Part shown: positions 29,850 to 40,740 of the stretch, in pieces
Layout: each line of letters begins with the position of its first letter
Position numbering within the stretch: position 1 is the stretch's first letter
From: an uncultured Thiotrichaceae bacterium
GTDB lineage: Bacteria; Pseudomonadota; Gammaproteobacteria; SZUA-229
Reading direction: 5' to 3'
NCBI GenBank assembly: GCA_964441285.1
Contig: CAYTUK010000005.1
Span: 3,596-67,595, forward strand
DNA: 64,000 nt
Program-made: the position numbers and the translations under genes
The notes under the pieces: model-generated
Told to the model about the DNA's origin: nothing
What the model saw: the letters and a program-made list of their open reading frames with translations, nothing else
Database searches by the model: none

Positions 29850-30566
29850 ATGCATAATAAATCATTAAATTTCCAGGTAGAAATTATTCGCAATGGCCTG
29901 TGGAACAATAATATGTCGCTGGTACAGCTACTTGGCCTGTGTCCACTACTCGCAGTTTCCAATACCGTCGTCAATGGGCTGGGACTGGGTATTGCAACAC
30001 TGCTTACACTGGTATTATCCAATAGCAGCATATCCTTAATTCGGCACTGGTTAAAACCAGAAATTCGGATTCCGGTGTTCGTGCTGATTATTGCGTCTAT
30101 TGTTACCGCTATTCAGCTAGTGATGAATGCATGGTGGCATGAACTGTATCTGGTACTCGGTATTTTTATTCCACTCATCGTTACCAACTGCGCCATTATC
30201 GGTCGGGCCGAAGCCTTTGCTTCCAAAAACAATGTGCTGAACTCTGCGCTGGATGGTTTTATGACCGGGCTTGGTTTCACGCTGGTGCTGCTGGTGCTGG
30301 GTGCAATGCGAGAACTGATTGGCGCGGGCACCTTACTTGCCAATGCCCAGTTAATGTTTGGCAGTGTTGGAAAATCGCTCACTATTACTGTTATTCCACA
30401 CTACGGTGGTTTTTTACTTGCGGTTTTACCACCCGGTGCATTTATTGGACTGGGTTTACTCATTGCACTAAAAAATATTATCGACAAACGTCAACAGCAG
30501 CGTCAGGCCGCTACGGTAAAACTCATGCCCTCAGGTGGTGACGAAGTAATAGCCCAGATAAGTTAA
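29850..30566 (+). CDS. rnfE: Rnf complex subunit E
   Basis: An RnfA paralog with [11 protein letters not shown]. Confidence 0.9.
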   Translation: MHNKSLNFQVEIIRNGLWNNNMSLVQLLGLCPLLAVSNTVVNGLGLGIATLLTLVLSNSSISLIRHWLKPEIRIPVFVLIIASIVTAIQLVMNAWWHELYLVLGIFIPLIVTNCAIIGRAEAFASKNNVLNSALDGFMTGLGFTLVLLVLGAMRELIGAGTLLANAQLMFGSVGKSLTITVIPHYGGFLLAVLPPGAFIGLGLLIALKNIIDKRQQQRQAATVKLMPSGGDEVIAQIS

Positions 30567-30579
30567 TAAATGCAATAGA

Positions 30580-31215
30580 ATGAACAAACACAAGCGTTAT
30601 GAAATTTTCTCGCGCCTGCAACAGGCAAACCCACAGCCGACAACTGAACTAAACTATAACTCAACTTTTGAATTATTAATTGCGGTAATTCTCTCGGCCC
30701 AGGCAACCGATAAAAGTGTCAATAAAGCCACGGCAAAACTTTTCCCCACAGCCAGCACTCCCGCCGCCATTTTTGCACTCGGCGAAGACGGCCTGAAGCC
30801 ATTTATCAAAACTATCGGTCTCTATAACAACAAAACCAAAAATATTATCAAAACCTGTCATAAGCTTATTGAGCAACACAATGGCAGCGTGCCCAGTACA
30901 CAAAAAGCACTTGAAGCGTTACCCGGTGTCGGTCGCAAAACCGCCAATGTGGTCAGAAATACGGCTTTTGGCCATGCTACTATCGCTGTGGATACACACA
31001 TATTCCGTGTCGCCAATCGGACAAAAATCGCCCTCGGTAAAAATGTGCTGGAAGTGGAAAAGAAACTGCTAAAATTTATTCCTGAAGAATTCCAGCTTAA
31101 CGCCCACCACTGGCTTATTCTGCACGGGCGTTACACCTGTATTGCCCGCAAGCCACGTTGTGGTGCCTGTATTATTGAAGATTTGTGTGAGTACCGACAG
31201 AAGACCGAAACATAA
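30580..31215 (+). CDS. nth: Endonuclease III
   Basis: HhH-GPD LPGVGRKTANVV and the C-terminal CxxxxxxCxxCxxxxxC cluster. It follows rnfE as in the E. coli rsx-nth operon. Confidence 0.93.
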   Translation: MNKHKRYEIFSRLQQANPQPTTELNYNSTFELLIAVILSAQATDKSVNKATAKLFPTASTPAAIFALGEDGLKPFIKTIGLYNNKTKNIIKTCHKLIEQHNGSVPSTQKALEALPGVGRKTANVVRNTAFGHATIAVDTHIFRVANRTKIALGKNVLEVEKKLLKFIPEEFQLNAHHWLILHGRYTCIARKPRCGACIIEDLCEYRQKTET

Positions 31216-31273
31216 ACGCCCCAGAATAAACTGGCAGCGTCATTTATCAGTGGCTCGGTTCAGGGGCGGTCAT

Positions 31274-33541
31274 TTAATTTCGACGACTAGCAATTTCAAC
31301 AACCAGCCGATCAATCTGTCGATATCCCTGTGAAAGTTTTAACCCACGTCGACCACGTTCACCAGCATAGGTTAGCAGCTCGTTAACTTTCATGGTTTTA
31401 TATCTTTTACCTGCATGCACGATTAGTTTAGCATTGGTTGGTAGCAGTGTAACTGCGGCCACTTTCTCTTTACCACTATTAAGCAGTGTAGAGGGTATAT
31501 TAATTATTTTATTCCCTTTGCCTTTAGCCATTTGAGGTAATTGTACCAATGGTGTCATCAACATATGACCAATCGAACTCACCGCAATGATCTGGTCACT
31601 CGCCACATCATAAACTTTCATCGGTGGTAGCGCCTTTGCTACTTTTCCCACACTCAATACGGCTTTCCCTTTTTTTGCATTCGCCTGCATATCACCCAGT
31701 CGCACTAAAAAGCCATAACCATGATTACTTGAGAGCAGATAAAGATCATTTGGTTTACCGATCATGACGGCAACAAAGTCAGCACCGGGTGCGGGCGTAA
31801 AATAAGCTGTTAAGGGTTCTCCCTGCCCGCGTGCCGAGGATAATTTATGCACTGGTAAAGTGTATGCCCGTCCACTGGAATCAAAGAAAACGGCCAGTTC
31901 ATTGCTCTTGCCCTGCGCCGATGCACAATAGGCATCTCCAGCTTTATAATTTAGTTTTGCGACATCGACATCATGGCCTTTGGCTGCTCGCACCCAGCCT
32001 TTTTTCGACAACACAACCGTTATGGCTTCGCTGGGAAGCAGTGCCATTTCATTCAGTGCCTGCGCTGCCTTGCGTCGCACAATTGGCGAACGACGTTCAT
32101 CACCATAAGTTTCAGCATCGGCAATGATTTCTTTACGGATTAAATTTTTTAACCGTATTGCTGAAGCCAGTATTTTTACCAACTTATCTCGTTCAACAGC
32201 AAGCTCACTTTGCTCGCTACGGATTTTTATTTCTTCAAGTTTTGCCAGATTACGCAACTTTAATTCAAGAATAGCTTCCGCCTGCACATCACTAATAACA
32301 AAGCGTTGTATCAACACGGGTTTCGGTTTATCGTGTTCTCGAATAATAGCAATCACTTCATCAATATTTAAAAACGCAATGAGCAGAGCATCCAGTACAT
32401 ATAGACGTTTATTTACCTTTTCAAGCCGCCACTGTAAACGACGGCGAACTGTAACCGTTCTATATTTAAGCCACTCTTCCAGCAACAGCCGTAAATCTTT
32501 AACCTGCGGCCGTCCATCGATGCCAATCATGTTCATGTTGACACGGTAACTGCGTTCCAGGTCGGTGGTGGCGAACAGATGCTGCATTAATTCTTCGGTA
32601 TTAATACGACTTGAGCGCGGCACAATGACCAGACGAGTTGGATTTTCGTGATCTGATTCATCGCGTAAATCTTCAACCATCGGTAATTTTTTTGCCGTCA
32701 TCTGGTGTGCAATCTGCTCCAGAATTTTATTCCCAGAAACCTGATAGGGCAAAGCTGTAATAATAAGGTGATTATCCTCTTTATCATAACAGGCGCGCTG
32801 ACGAATACTGCCATGACCTGTACGGTAGGTTTCGAGAATATCTTCATACGAAGTAATAATTTCTGCCTGAGTCGGAAAATCGGGCCCTTTAATATGCTCA
32901 CACAAATCTTCCAGTGTACTTTTTGGTGATTCCAGTAAACGCACACAGGCATTGGCTACTTCGCGTAAATTATGCGGCAAAATATCGGTAGCCATGCCAA
33001 CAGCGATACCGGTACTGCCATTGAGCAGAACATTCGGTAAGCGTGCCGGCAAAGTTTCTGGCTCGTCCAGTGTGGCATCAAAATTAGGTGTCCACTCAAC
33101 CGTTCCCTGCCCCAGCTCGGTTAATAAAATCGTTGAGTAAGCCGTTAACCGTGATTCGGTATAACGCATAGCGGCAAACGATTTTGGATCATCTGATGAT
33201 CCCCAATTACCCTGACCATCAATCAGCGGGTAACGATAAGAGAATGGTTGCGCCATTAACACCATCGCTTCATAACAGGCGCTATCGCCATGTGGGTGGT
33301 ATTTACCCAGTACATCACCCACTGTTCTTGCTGATTTTTTATGTTTGGATGAAGCCTTTAAACCCAACTCGGACATAGCAAAAATAATGCGTCGCTGCAC
33401 GGGTTTCAGGCCATCACCAATAAACGGCAAAGCACGATCCAAAATCACATACATGGAGTAATCCAGATAGGCTTTCTCGGTAAATTCGGCAATGGGTTGC
33501 CGTTCTACACCATCAAATTCAAATGCATTTTGTTGCGTCAT
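31274..33541 (-). CDS. parC: DNA topoisomerase IV subunit A
   Basis: [13 protein letters not shown]…AAMRYTE (active-site Tyr region). It is 755 aa and pairs with parE. Confidence 0.9.
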   Translation of the reverse strand: MTQQNAFEFDGVERQPIAEFTEKAYLDYSMYVILDRALPFIGDGLKPVQRRIIFAMSELGLKASSKHKKSARTVGDVLGKYHPHGDSACYEAMVLMAQPFSYRYPLIDGQGNWGSSDDPKSFAAMRYTESRLTAYSTILLTELGQGTVEWTPNFDATLDEPETLPARLPNVLLNGSTGIAVGMATDILPHNLREVANACVRLLESPKSTLEDLCEHIKGPDFPTQAEIITSYEDILETYRTGHGSIRQRACYDKEDNHLIITALPYQVSGNKILEQIAHQMTAKKLPMVEDLRDESDHENPTRLVIVPRSSRINTEELMQHLFATTDLERSYRVNMNMIGIDGRPQVKDLRLLLEEWLKYRTVTVRRRLQWRLEKVNKRLYVLDALLIAFLNIDEVIAIIREHDKPKPVLIQRFVISDVQAEAILELKLRNLAKLEEIKIRSEQSELAVERDKLVKILASAIRLKNLIRKEIIADAETYGDERRSPIVRRKAAQALNEMALLPSEAITVVLSKKGWVRAAKGHDVDVAKLNYKAGDAYCASAQGKSNELAVFFDSSGRAYTLPVHKLSSARGQGEPLTAYFTPAPGADFVAVMIGKPNDLYLLSSNHGYGFLVRLGDMQANAKKGKAVLSVGKVAKALPPMKVYDVASDQIIAVSSIGHMLMTPLVQLPQMAKGKGNKIINIPSTLLNSGKEKVAAVTLLPTNAKLIVHAGKRYKTMKVNELLTYAGERGRRGLKLSQGYRQIDRLVVEIASRRN

Positions 33542-33583
33542 ATTGTTTGTGTTATGTTGATTTTTATGAGAAATATCTAAGCT

Positions 33584-33714
33584 ATTACTGAAACAGATGA
33601 AAAGGATACTGGTTATTCAAGACACGCTGTCAATACATTCATGTAAGCTCGGCACCCGCATCTCTGCGGCTGACGGTTTTGAATAACCGGCATCCTTTTC
33701 ATCCATCTTAGTAA
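33584..33714 (-). repeat. Palindromic extragenic element, full copy C (inverted orientation) between parE and parC
   Basis: Arms gatgaaaaggatactggttattcaagac and ttttgaataaccggcatccttttcatc. The core is the reverse complement of the family core (gctcggcacccgcatctctgcggctgacgg). Confidence 0.85.
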
Positions 33715-33722
33715 ATGCAGGC

Positions 33723-35609
33723 TCACTTTACTGCCGCCAGTGCACCTTTTGATTCTAACCAGGCTTTACGGTCTGGTGCACGTTTTTTTGCCAGTAACAT
33801 ATCCAGCATTTCGCTACTATTCTTATCTGCATCCAGTGTTAACTGAACCAACCGGCGGGTGTCTGGTGCTAAAGTGGTAATACGTAACTGCAGCGGATTC
33901 ATTTCACCCAGGCCTTTAAACCGTGTAACAGTAACTTTACCCCGAAGTTTTTCTGCCTGAATCCGATTTTCTATGCCCTGTTTTTCTGCTTCATCCAGCG
34001 CATAGAAAATCTCCTTACCTACATCAATCCGATATAATGGTGGCATCGCCACATAAATATGCCCCGCTTCTACCAGCGGGAAAAAATGCCGCAAAAATAA
34101 TGCGCATAATAAAGTTGCAATATGGTAACCATCAGAATCTGCATCGGCCAATATACAAATCTTGTCGTAACGTAAATTTTTTAAATCTATTGCGCCAGGC
34201 TCGATACCAATAGCAACAGAGATATCATGAACCTCCTGTGAGGCCAGTATCTGATCGCGATCCACTTCCCAGGTATTTAATATTTTCCCGCGCAACGGCA
34301 TAATCGCCTGAAATTCACGATCCCGTGCCTGCTTGGCAGAACCACCCGCTGAATCACCTTCAACCAAAAACAGTTCACTACGGTGGCTATCCTGAGAAGA
34401 ACAGTCTGCCAATTTGCCGGGCAAAGCAGGCCCCGTAGTCACTTTTTTACGCACCACTTTCTTGCCCGCACGTAACCGTTTTTGCGCTTTATCTATCGCC
34501 AGTATCGCAATGGCTTCTGCCGCTTCGGTATGCTGATTTAGCCATAAACTAAACAGGTCTTTAACCACGCCAGAAACAAACGTAGCGCATTCACGCGAAG
34601 ACAGACGCTCTTTGGTCTGGCCAGAAAATTGTGGATTAGCCAGCTTTACCGAGAGCACATAACAAACTCTATCCCAGACATCTTCTGGACTGAGTTTCAC
34701 GCCACGCGGCAACAAACTACGAATATCACAAAACTCACGTAAAGCTTCAGTCAGGCCACTACGTAAACCATTAACATGCGTGCCTCCCTGTGTGGTAGGA
34801 ATCAGATTAACATACGATTCGGTAATGATTTCACCGGCTTCTGGCAGCCAGGTCAGTGCCCAGTCAACGGCTTCGGTCTTTGCCGACAGGCTGCCAGTAA
34901 AAGGTTCGGCAGGTAGCGTATCTTGTTCAAACAGGTTGCCACCCAGATAATCAGCCAGACCACCCTCATATAACCAGCTTTGTTTCTCGCCAGTTTTTTC
35001 TTCAACAAAACTCACTTCCAGGCCAGGACATAAAACAGCTTTCGCACGTAACACATGTTTTAAACGCGAAACCGAAAATGTCACTGAATCAAAATATTTT
35101 TTTTCTGGCCAGAAATGAATGCGTGTACCCGTATTTCGTTTACCAACCGTACCGGTAATTTTCAGCTCACTAACTTTTGCGCCATGCTCAAAGGCCATAG
35201 TATAAATACGCCCATCGCGCAGCACTTCAACATCAACGCGCGATGACAGAGCATTCACTACGGAGACACCAACACCATGCAGGCCACCAGAAAACTGATA
35301 GTTTTCACCGGAGAACTTACCCCCGGCATGCAGCCGTGTCAAAATCACTTCAACACCGGGAACGCCTTCTTCCGGGTGCTCATCAACAGGCATACCACGA
35401 CCATTATCGGTAACACCTAGAGAACCATCCTGATATAAAACCACTTTAATTTTACTGGCGAACCCGGCAATAGCTTCGTCAACGCTGTTGTCCACAACTT
35501 CCTGTGCCAGATGATTCGGGCGGGTGGTATCAGTGTACATTCCCGGACGCTTCTGCACCGGCTCAAGACCTGTTAACACCTCAATTGTTGAGGCATTATA
35601 TCTACTCAT
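33723..35609 (-). CDS. parE: DNA topoisomerase IV subunit B
   Basis: GHKL ATPase motifs, TOPRIM EGDSAGGSAKQ, PLRGKILN. The length is 628 aa. Confidence 0.92.
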   Translation of the reverse strand: MSRYNASTIEVLTGLEPVQKRPGMYTDTTRPNHLAQEVVDNSVDEAIAGFASKIKVVLYQDGSLGVTDNGRGMPVDEHPEEGVPGVEVILTRLHAGGKFSGENYQFSGGLHGVGVSVVNALSSRVDVEVLRDGRIYTMAFEHGAKVSELKITGTVGKRNTGTRIHFWPEKKYFDSVTFSVSRLKHVLRAKAVLCPGLEVSFVEEKTGEKQSWLYEGGLADYLGGNLFEQDTLPAEPFTGSLSAKTEAVDWALTWLPEAGEIITESYVNLIPTTQGGTHVNGLRSGLTEALREFCDIRSLLPRGVKLSPEDVWDRVCYVLSVKLANPQFSGQTKERLSSRECATFVSGVVKDLFSLWLNQHTEAAEAIAILAIDKAQKRLRAGKKVVRKKVTTGPALPGKLADCSSQDSHRSELFLVEGDSAGGSAKQARDREFQAIMPLRGKILNTWEVDRDQILASQEVHDISVAIGIEPGAIDLKNLRYDKICILADADSDGYHIATLLCALFLRHFFPLVEAGHIYVAMPPLYRIDVGKEIFYALDEAEKQGIENRIQAEKLRGKVTVTRFKGLGEMNPLQLRITTLAPDTRRLVQLTLDADKNSSEMLDMLLAKKRAPDRKAWLESKGALAAVK

Positions 35610-35769
35610 ACTGCATACTCGTAATTATTATTCGAAATAACATGAAGTCAAAATAATATTTTTCAGGTTCTGTGGTGGCTTTAAAAAGCGGCGAAACTGT
35701 CATGGTCTACGACCAGGCACGTAGCCCTTGCCCACAGTTTCCTGGCTGCCAAATTAACAACTAAACTGG

Positions 35770-36513
35770 CTACTTATCTAACACGGCAACCAGTTTATTT
35801 ACCGGCACATAACCCGGCAACATTTCGCCATCCTCTAATATGATTGATGGCGTACCACGTACACCAAGTTGATTTGCAACCTGCATCTGTTTATTTAGTG
35901 GATTAGCACAGGTTTTCTCCGCAACATTCCCCCCTGCTTTGACCATATTCATCGCCTTGTGTCTATCATCCGCACACCAGACACTTTCGGTCTTCCTCTT
36001 GTCACTCTCGCCTTTAAGTGGCATAAAGATATACCTGACTTCTATATTATTTTTCATATATTCAGGCATTTCACTATGCAATCGACGGCAATAGGGACAA
36101 TCTACATCCGTTACTACGGTAATTACATGATCGACTTTCTTAGGCCGGTAAATTAGCATATTTTTCTCACCCAGGCCGGCGATTAGCTTTAATCGCATGG
36201 CCGCTTTTGCCTTCTCACTGTAATTTTTTCTGGTTTTTAAATTAACCAGATCACCATCAATCATATAGCGTGCATTAGCGTCCATGTACACCACCTGGCT
36301 ACCAACAATGACCTGATATAAACCCGCAATGGGGGTCGTTGAAATATTGCCAACAACTAACGAAGGTAAACGTTTGGTGAGCGCTTTTTTTAATGTAGCA
36401 ACGCCTTTATCCACTGCCTGGGACGGAATAACACCTTTACCTGCTCCCGCCGAAATAGCAACAACAGGAGAAAGAAGTGAAACCGCTAAAATGCATATGG
36501 AAGTAATTTTCAT
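35770..36513 (-). CDS. dsbC: Thiol:disulfide interchange protein DsbC/DsbG
   Basis: Signal peptide and the CPYC active site. Confidence 0.88.
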   Translation of the reverse strand: MKITSICILAVSLLSPVVAISAGAGKGVIPSQAVDKGVATLKKALTKRLPSLVVGNISTTPIAGLYQVIVGSQVVYMDANARYMIDGDLVNLKTRKNYSEKAKAAMRLKLIAGLGEKNMLIYRPKKVDHVITVVTDVDCPYCRRLHSEMPEYMKNNIEVRYIFMPLKGESDKRKTESVWCADDRHKAMNMVKAGGNVAEKTCANPLNKQMQVANQLGVRGTPSIILEDGEMLPGYVPVNKLVAVLDK

Positions 36514-36768
36514 TTTGAAATAGCCTGCCTAAAATTGTCTAGTGTTACGATAAAGAAGTACATTCATGCACTAGGGACATTAAATACTGAAGTAAATTTC
36601 ATCATCATACTATAATTTTTACTGAAGCCCACCCTGAAATTAGCTAAAAATAACACACGCCACACCTTATACCACCCAGGTAACAGACTAAATCAATAGA
36701 TCTGAATTTTATTTAAAATCAATAATCTATACCTATATATTACTGAAACAACAGTTTTCACCCAAAAC

Positions 36769-36800
36769 AAAAAGGCCACTCTTAAGGGAGTAGCCTTTTT
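36769..36800. terminator. Intrinsic terminator downstream of the histone-H1-like gene
   Basis: aaaaaggccactc-ttaagg-gagtagccttttt, with an A/T run on each side. Confidence 0.6.
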
Positions 36801-36838
36801 CTGGCATAAATTAAAATTTACCTACACATCAGTGCTTA

Positions 36839-37303
36839 TTACGCTTTAGCTTTTTTACGACTATGGCGCTTGCCTGGCTTACTTGCTTTGTTAATTTTAG
36901 CCATTTCTTTCTTCGTCCAGCTTTCAGCAAAGCGCATAACCGCTGCTTCTTTGCGTTCCGCCATCTTCAGTAACATTTCCTGACGTTTCCTGGATTCAGC
37001 TACTTCAGCCTTTGCGGCGGCGAGTGCAGCTGTGGTTGCAGCTACGTGCTCACGCATTTTCTGCTTAGCAGCAGACGCGATGGCATTTTTCTTCGCCGCA
37101 ACAACCTTTTTCTTCGCTACTAAAGCTTTCTTCTTAACTGCGGCAACTTTTTTCTTCGCCGCAGCATTTTTTGCAAGTTTTTTATTCACTGCTTTTTTTG
37201 CCGTTGTTTTTTTCTTAACTGTCTTTTTATTTACTGGTGTTTTCTTTTTAACTGCACGTTTTGTCGTCATTTTTTTCTTGCTTGCTGTAGAAGTTTGCGC
37301 CAT
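36839..37303 (-). CDS. Histone H1-like Lys/Ala-rich nucleoid-associated protein (AlgP/BpH1/Hc1-like repeats)
   Basis: KKKTPVNKKTVKKKTTAKKAVNKKLAKNAAAKKKVAAVKKKALVAKKK repeats followed by an Ala-rich helical tail. Confidence 0.75.
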   Translation of the reverse strand: MAQTSTASKKKMTTKRAVKKKTPVNKKTVKKKTTAKKAVNKKLAKNAAAKKKVAAVKKKALVAKKKVVAAKKNAIASAAKQKMREHVAATTAALAAAKAEVAESRKRQEMLLKMAERKEAAVMRFAESWTKKEMAKINKASKPGKRHSRKKAKA

Positions 37304-37733
37304 TAGACTATCCCCTTTTTTAAGTTACGCTCGAAAGTATAAAAGGTTATTCTAATTAAGCAAACTTTTTTTAAATTTTAAGCCATATTTTGTCAATTAA
37401 ATAAGTAACTTAATTATACTAATCCGTTCTGAAATTAAAAATCCGTTAGTTTAAACATGTACGACACACTACTGCCTCGTTAACTATCAGTAATGCAGGT
37501 ATTAATTTCTTTTCGCTATTTTTTCTATTCCAGCGAGATTAAAACTAAATAGATAAAATCCAGTATCCACAGAAAAAACTCTTTGGATAACCGCTTCCAT
37601 TGATAAATAATGTATTTTTTTCAAATTATAATCTCTACAGTTAAAAATTGATTATAATAAGCGACTCCCATACGCTAGAATCAAACGATTATGAATAGTT
37701 TATTCATGCTCAGACAATAATGACTTAAAACCA

Positions 37734-38180
37734 ATGACTCAATCAACAAAACCCACTTCAACAGTGAACTATGCCGGACTTATCCGACGTTTTTTCGCTC
37801 TATTTTATGACTCTTTTTTACTGCTATCACTATTCTTTATTGTTTCAGCCATTTTTACATCGTTAAATGGTGGTCATGCCGTTGAAAAGAATAGTCCGCT
37901 TTATCTGCTCTTTCTTATAAGCCTGATTGGTGTCAGCTTTCTATATTTTAGCTATGCCTGGACACACGGTGGTCAGACGCTGGGAATGCAAAGCTGGCGC
38001 ATGAAGCTACAAACTGAAGAAGATAAAAACATAAGCTGGAAACAGGCATCAATACGTTACCTGGTTGCTATTTTATCATGGCTTTGTCTAGGATCAGGTT
38101 TTATCTGGTCGTTATTTAATACAAAAAAACAATGCTGGCATGACAAAGCAAGCGGCAGCGTTATGCTGGATTTACGCTAG
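37734..38180 (+). CDS. RDD family membrane protein
   Basis: GLIRRFFALFYDSFLL…, RDD topology. The length is 148 aa. Confidence 0.8.
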   Translation: MTQSTKPTSTVNYAGLIRRFFALFYDSFLLLSLFFIVSAIFTSLNGGHAVEKNSPLYLLFLISLIGVSFLYFSYAWTHGGQTLGMQSWRMKLQTEEDKNISWKQASIRYLVAILSWLCLGSGFIWSLFNTKKQCWHDKASGSVMLDLR

Positions 38181-38234
38181 GAAATAGCTAAGGAACCGCT
38201 GATTGATTCTGCATGAAGTAAATTGTAAGCTGAA

Positions 38235-38260
38235 AATTCAGTTTCAGGGCGTGAACCGCA
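38235..38260. repeat. Second copy of the short repeat AATTCAGTTTCAGGGCGTGAACCGCA
   Basis: See 13922..13947. It is directly followed by element copy G. Confidence 0.5.
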
Positions 38261-38263
38261 CAG

Positions 38264-38330
38264 ACTAACAGTACAGATGAAAAGGCTCCCCTTGTTCAAG
38301 ACCGTCAGCCGCAGGGATGTATTCACACAG
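38264..38330 (+). repeat. Palindromic element, internally deleted/truncated copy G
   Basis: actaacagtacagatgaaaaggctccccttgttcaagaccgtcagccgcagggatg, then tattcacacag. The core is missing about 23 nt and there is no right arm. Confidence 0.65.
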
Positions 38331-38334
38331 AAAC

Positions 38335-39429
38335 TCAACGCACCCGCCGCAAAAATAATAAGCTAATTATGATGATGATAACAAGAGGAGCACCCGCACT
38401 CAATACTGGCTCGATACCCATCGCAAGTCCAAGATAGTTCATGGTTCGACTTACAACAAAAAAAACAATTCCTACAACAACCGCAAGTATTATTCTTTGT
38501 CCAAGTCCACCACTTCGTGGTGTCGTAGAAAAAACCAGTGGCATCGCAATCAGCAACATGGCTAGACAGGTAATAGGGGTAAATATTTTTATCCAAAAGG
38601 CAAGTTTATACTTACCCGCATCCAGGTGATTTGCTTCAAGATAACGACTATAGGTATATAAATTCTGCACAGACATATCCTTCGCTTCCAGCTCCAACAC
38701 GGAAAACAGTTCAGGTAATATTAATGTTGGCACGACCTGTTTATTTTTAAAAGAAACTCTTGTTTCAGGTTTCACATTCGGCTCGCCGATCCCCCTGATT
38801 GTTGTCTGTCTGACACCCGTTAAAATCCAGCTATTATGCTTATAACTCGCGCTGGCTGCATAAATCATCGCGCTTAAATGGCGTTGGCTATCGAGTTCAT
38901 AAATGCTTATCTGCTGTAATTGATGGTTAGGCATTACCTTCTTCACATTAATATAACGGTTGCCATTTCGCGCCCAGATATTATTGTAACCGCTCACAAT
39001 TAGCTTATTGTCCATTGCTTCAGCGCGTAATGTTTTTGCCGCGCCAGTCGTATATGGCACAACATATTCACCCAGTAGCGCAACCAAAATAGCAATAAAA
39101 AATCCGGCTTTAAGTACTGAAAGCGTTATCCTGTTCGTACTTAAACCCGAAGCTCGCATAATAATTAGTTCTGAATTGGCAGCAATCGCCCCCAGTGAAA
39201 TAATGCCACCTAATAACAGAATAGAAGGGGATAATTCATAAGTACGTTGTGGCAACTGTAAAAGGACAAATAAAAACGCATGCAAAGCATCGTAATTACC
39301 CGTCCCTACTGCTTTTAGCTGGGCAACAAAATCAATAAATGCAAACATAGTTAGTAGTACCAGCATCGAAATGAATGTGCCGATAATAACCGTTCTGGCA
39401 ATATATCGGTCAAGCACCATGTTGACCAA
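38335..39429 (-). CDS. lptG: LPS export ABC transporter permease LptG
   Basis: The N-terminus is MVNMVLDRYIAR. It has YjgP/YjgQ topology. Confidence 0.9.
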   Translation of the reverse strand: MVNMVLDRYIARTVIIGTFISMLVLLTMFAFIDFVAQLKAVGTGNYDALHAFLFVLLQLPQRTYELSPSILLLGGIISLGAIAANSELIIMRASGLSTNRITLSVLKAGFFIAILVALLGEYVVPYTTGAAKTLRAEAMDNKLIVSGYNNIWARNGNRYINVKKVMPNHQLQQISIYELDSQRHLSAMIYAASASYKHNSWILTGVRQTTIRGIGEPNVKPETRVSFKNKQVVPTLILPELFSVLELEAKDMSVQNLYTYSRYLEANHLDAGKYKLAFWIKIFTPITCLAMLLIAMPLVFSTTPRSGGLGQRIILAVVVGIVFFVVSRTMNYLGLAMGIEPVLSAGAPLVIIIIISLLFLRRVR

Positions 39430-40498
39430 CCCGCTGTTTTCGAATCAGATAACCGCTACGCTTTAAGATAAAATACAATAGGATAATGGCCAGTATGTGT
39501 ACCCACCAGATACCAATCCATGCCGGGATTTTTCGTTGAATAATCCAGGTGTAAGAGATACTGATCAGGTTTGAGTACAGCAAATAGATAACCAGCGCCA
39601 GGACCAGTTTTGAATATCGCCCACTACGTGGGCTAGTCTTGCTTAGTGGTAAAGCCATAAATGAAACGATAAATGCTGCAATAGGTATCGCTATTCGCCA
39701 CTGTAGCTCGGCTTTATCCTTCGGTTTTTCTGAGTGCCAGAGTTCAGATAGTGTTTTTGTTGATGCGGAAGTATGTACTGCGACCTTTTTCCTGTCGATA
39801 TGGATGCCATAGTCGGTGTATTCAATAATATTCATCGCCGCCTGACCCGCGTTGCCGACATAATGTACCCCGTTATGCATAACCATGTAACGATTACCGC
39901 TGCTATCAATATAACTACTGGTGCTGTCAGCAATATCAACATGCGCTTTATCGCCTTCCACCTGTTGAAAAAAAGTATTATCCAGCTGTTTTTTATTCTT
40001 ATCCTGTGACTCCAGAAAAAGCACCGCTCCACTTTTACTGGCGTGATTAAACCGTCCAACAAGCAATGAATCAACTTTTGATTTACTGCTAATCTTTGCC
40101 GTAATCAAGGCTCGCTGATGCTCCATCACGGGTTTAATAAACAGCGACAAAATTAGCAAAACTACCGTTGTCGGTATTACCACCACCATTAATGACCGGT
40201 ACAGACGTAAAGGCCCGACACCTGATGACATGATAGCGGCCATCTCACTGTCTTTATACAGCCGACCAAACCCCAATAAGATCCCCATTAATAAACTGAG
40301 TGGGATAAGGATTACGCTAAACTGGAACAGGCTATTAATTAGATAAGCCATAAATGCACTGACGGGAATAAATCCCTGCGTGATCCAGCTCAGTAAATGC
40401 ACCACCTCAGTGCTTAATACAATGACCAGCAACACCAGCAGGACCGTTAGCCAGGCGGTTAAAATTTCGCGTGCAATGTAGCGATCAAGAATGCCCAT
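39410..40498 (-). CDS. lptF: LPS export ABC transporter permease LptF
   Basis: The N-terminus is MGILDRYIAREIL. It overlaps lptG by 20 nt. Confidence 0.9.
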   Translation of the reverse strand: MGILDRYIAREILTAWLTVLLVLLVIVLSTEVVHLLSWITQGFIPVSAFMAYLINSLFQFSVILIPLSLLMGILLGFGRLYKDSEMAAIMSSGVGPLRLYRSLMVVVIPTTVVLLILSLFIKPVMEHQRALITAKISSKSKVDSLLVGRFNHASKSGAVLFLESQDKNKKQLDNTFFQQVEGDKAHVDIADSTSSYIDSSGNRYMVMHNGVHYVGNAGQAAMNIIEYTDYGIHIDRKKVAVHTSASTKTLSELWHSEKPKDKAELQWRIAIPIAAFIVSFMALPLSKTSPRSGRYSKLVLALVIYLLYSNLISISYTWIIQRKIPAWIGIWWVHILAIILLYFILKRSGYLIRKQRVGQHGA

Positions 40499-40740
40499 TG
40501 AGAACCATATAAATAAAAACCACCCGTTAAACCCCTGTAGAAAATGAAAATCATTGTTGTATAGCGCTTATTTTAACGTTTCTAAGAGACCCAAATCTCC
40601 CGCTAAAAATAATTAGTTTAAATGTATACTACCCTCAATAGCATAAATTGAATACAATCAACACCTCAGAGATGACCAGCAGTACAACTGACTGCCTGAA
40701 CATCTTTACCTTATTATTAAATTTAAAGCTCGGAGTCCTC

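Noticed and set aside
36514-36838. The AT-rich 325-bp spacer after dsbC, examined for a tRNA or other small RNA gene.
   Set aside because: I could recognise no cloverleaf, no conserved tRNA boxes and no known sRNA signature by eye. It contains only a solo repeat terminus (36739–36750) and the terminator of the H1-like gene.
37032-37355. 107-aa ORF (Phe/Ala-rich) antisense to the histone-H1-like gene.
   Set aside because: It is a mirror-image artefact of the AAG/GCN repeat codons of the Lys/Ala-rich gene. The H1-like reading frame has the terminator and the biologically sensible product.
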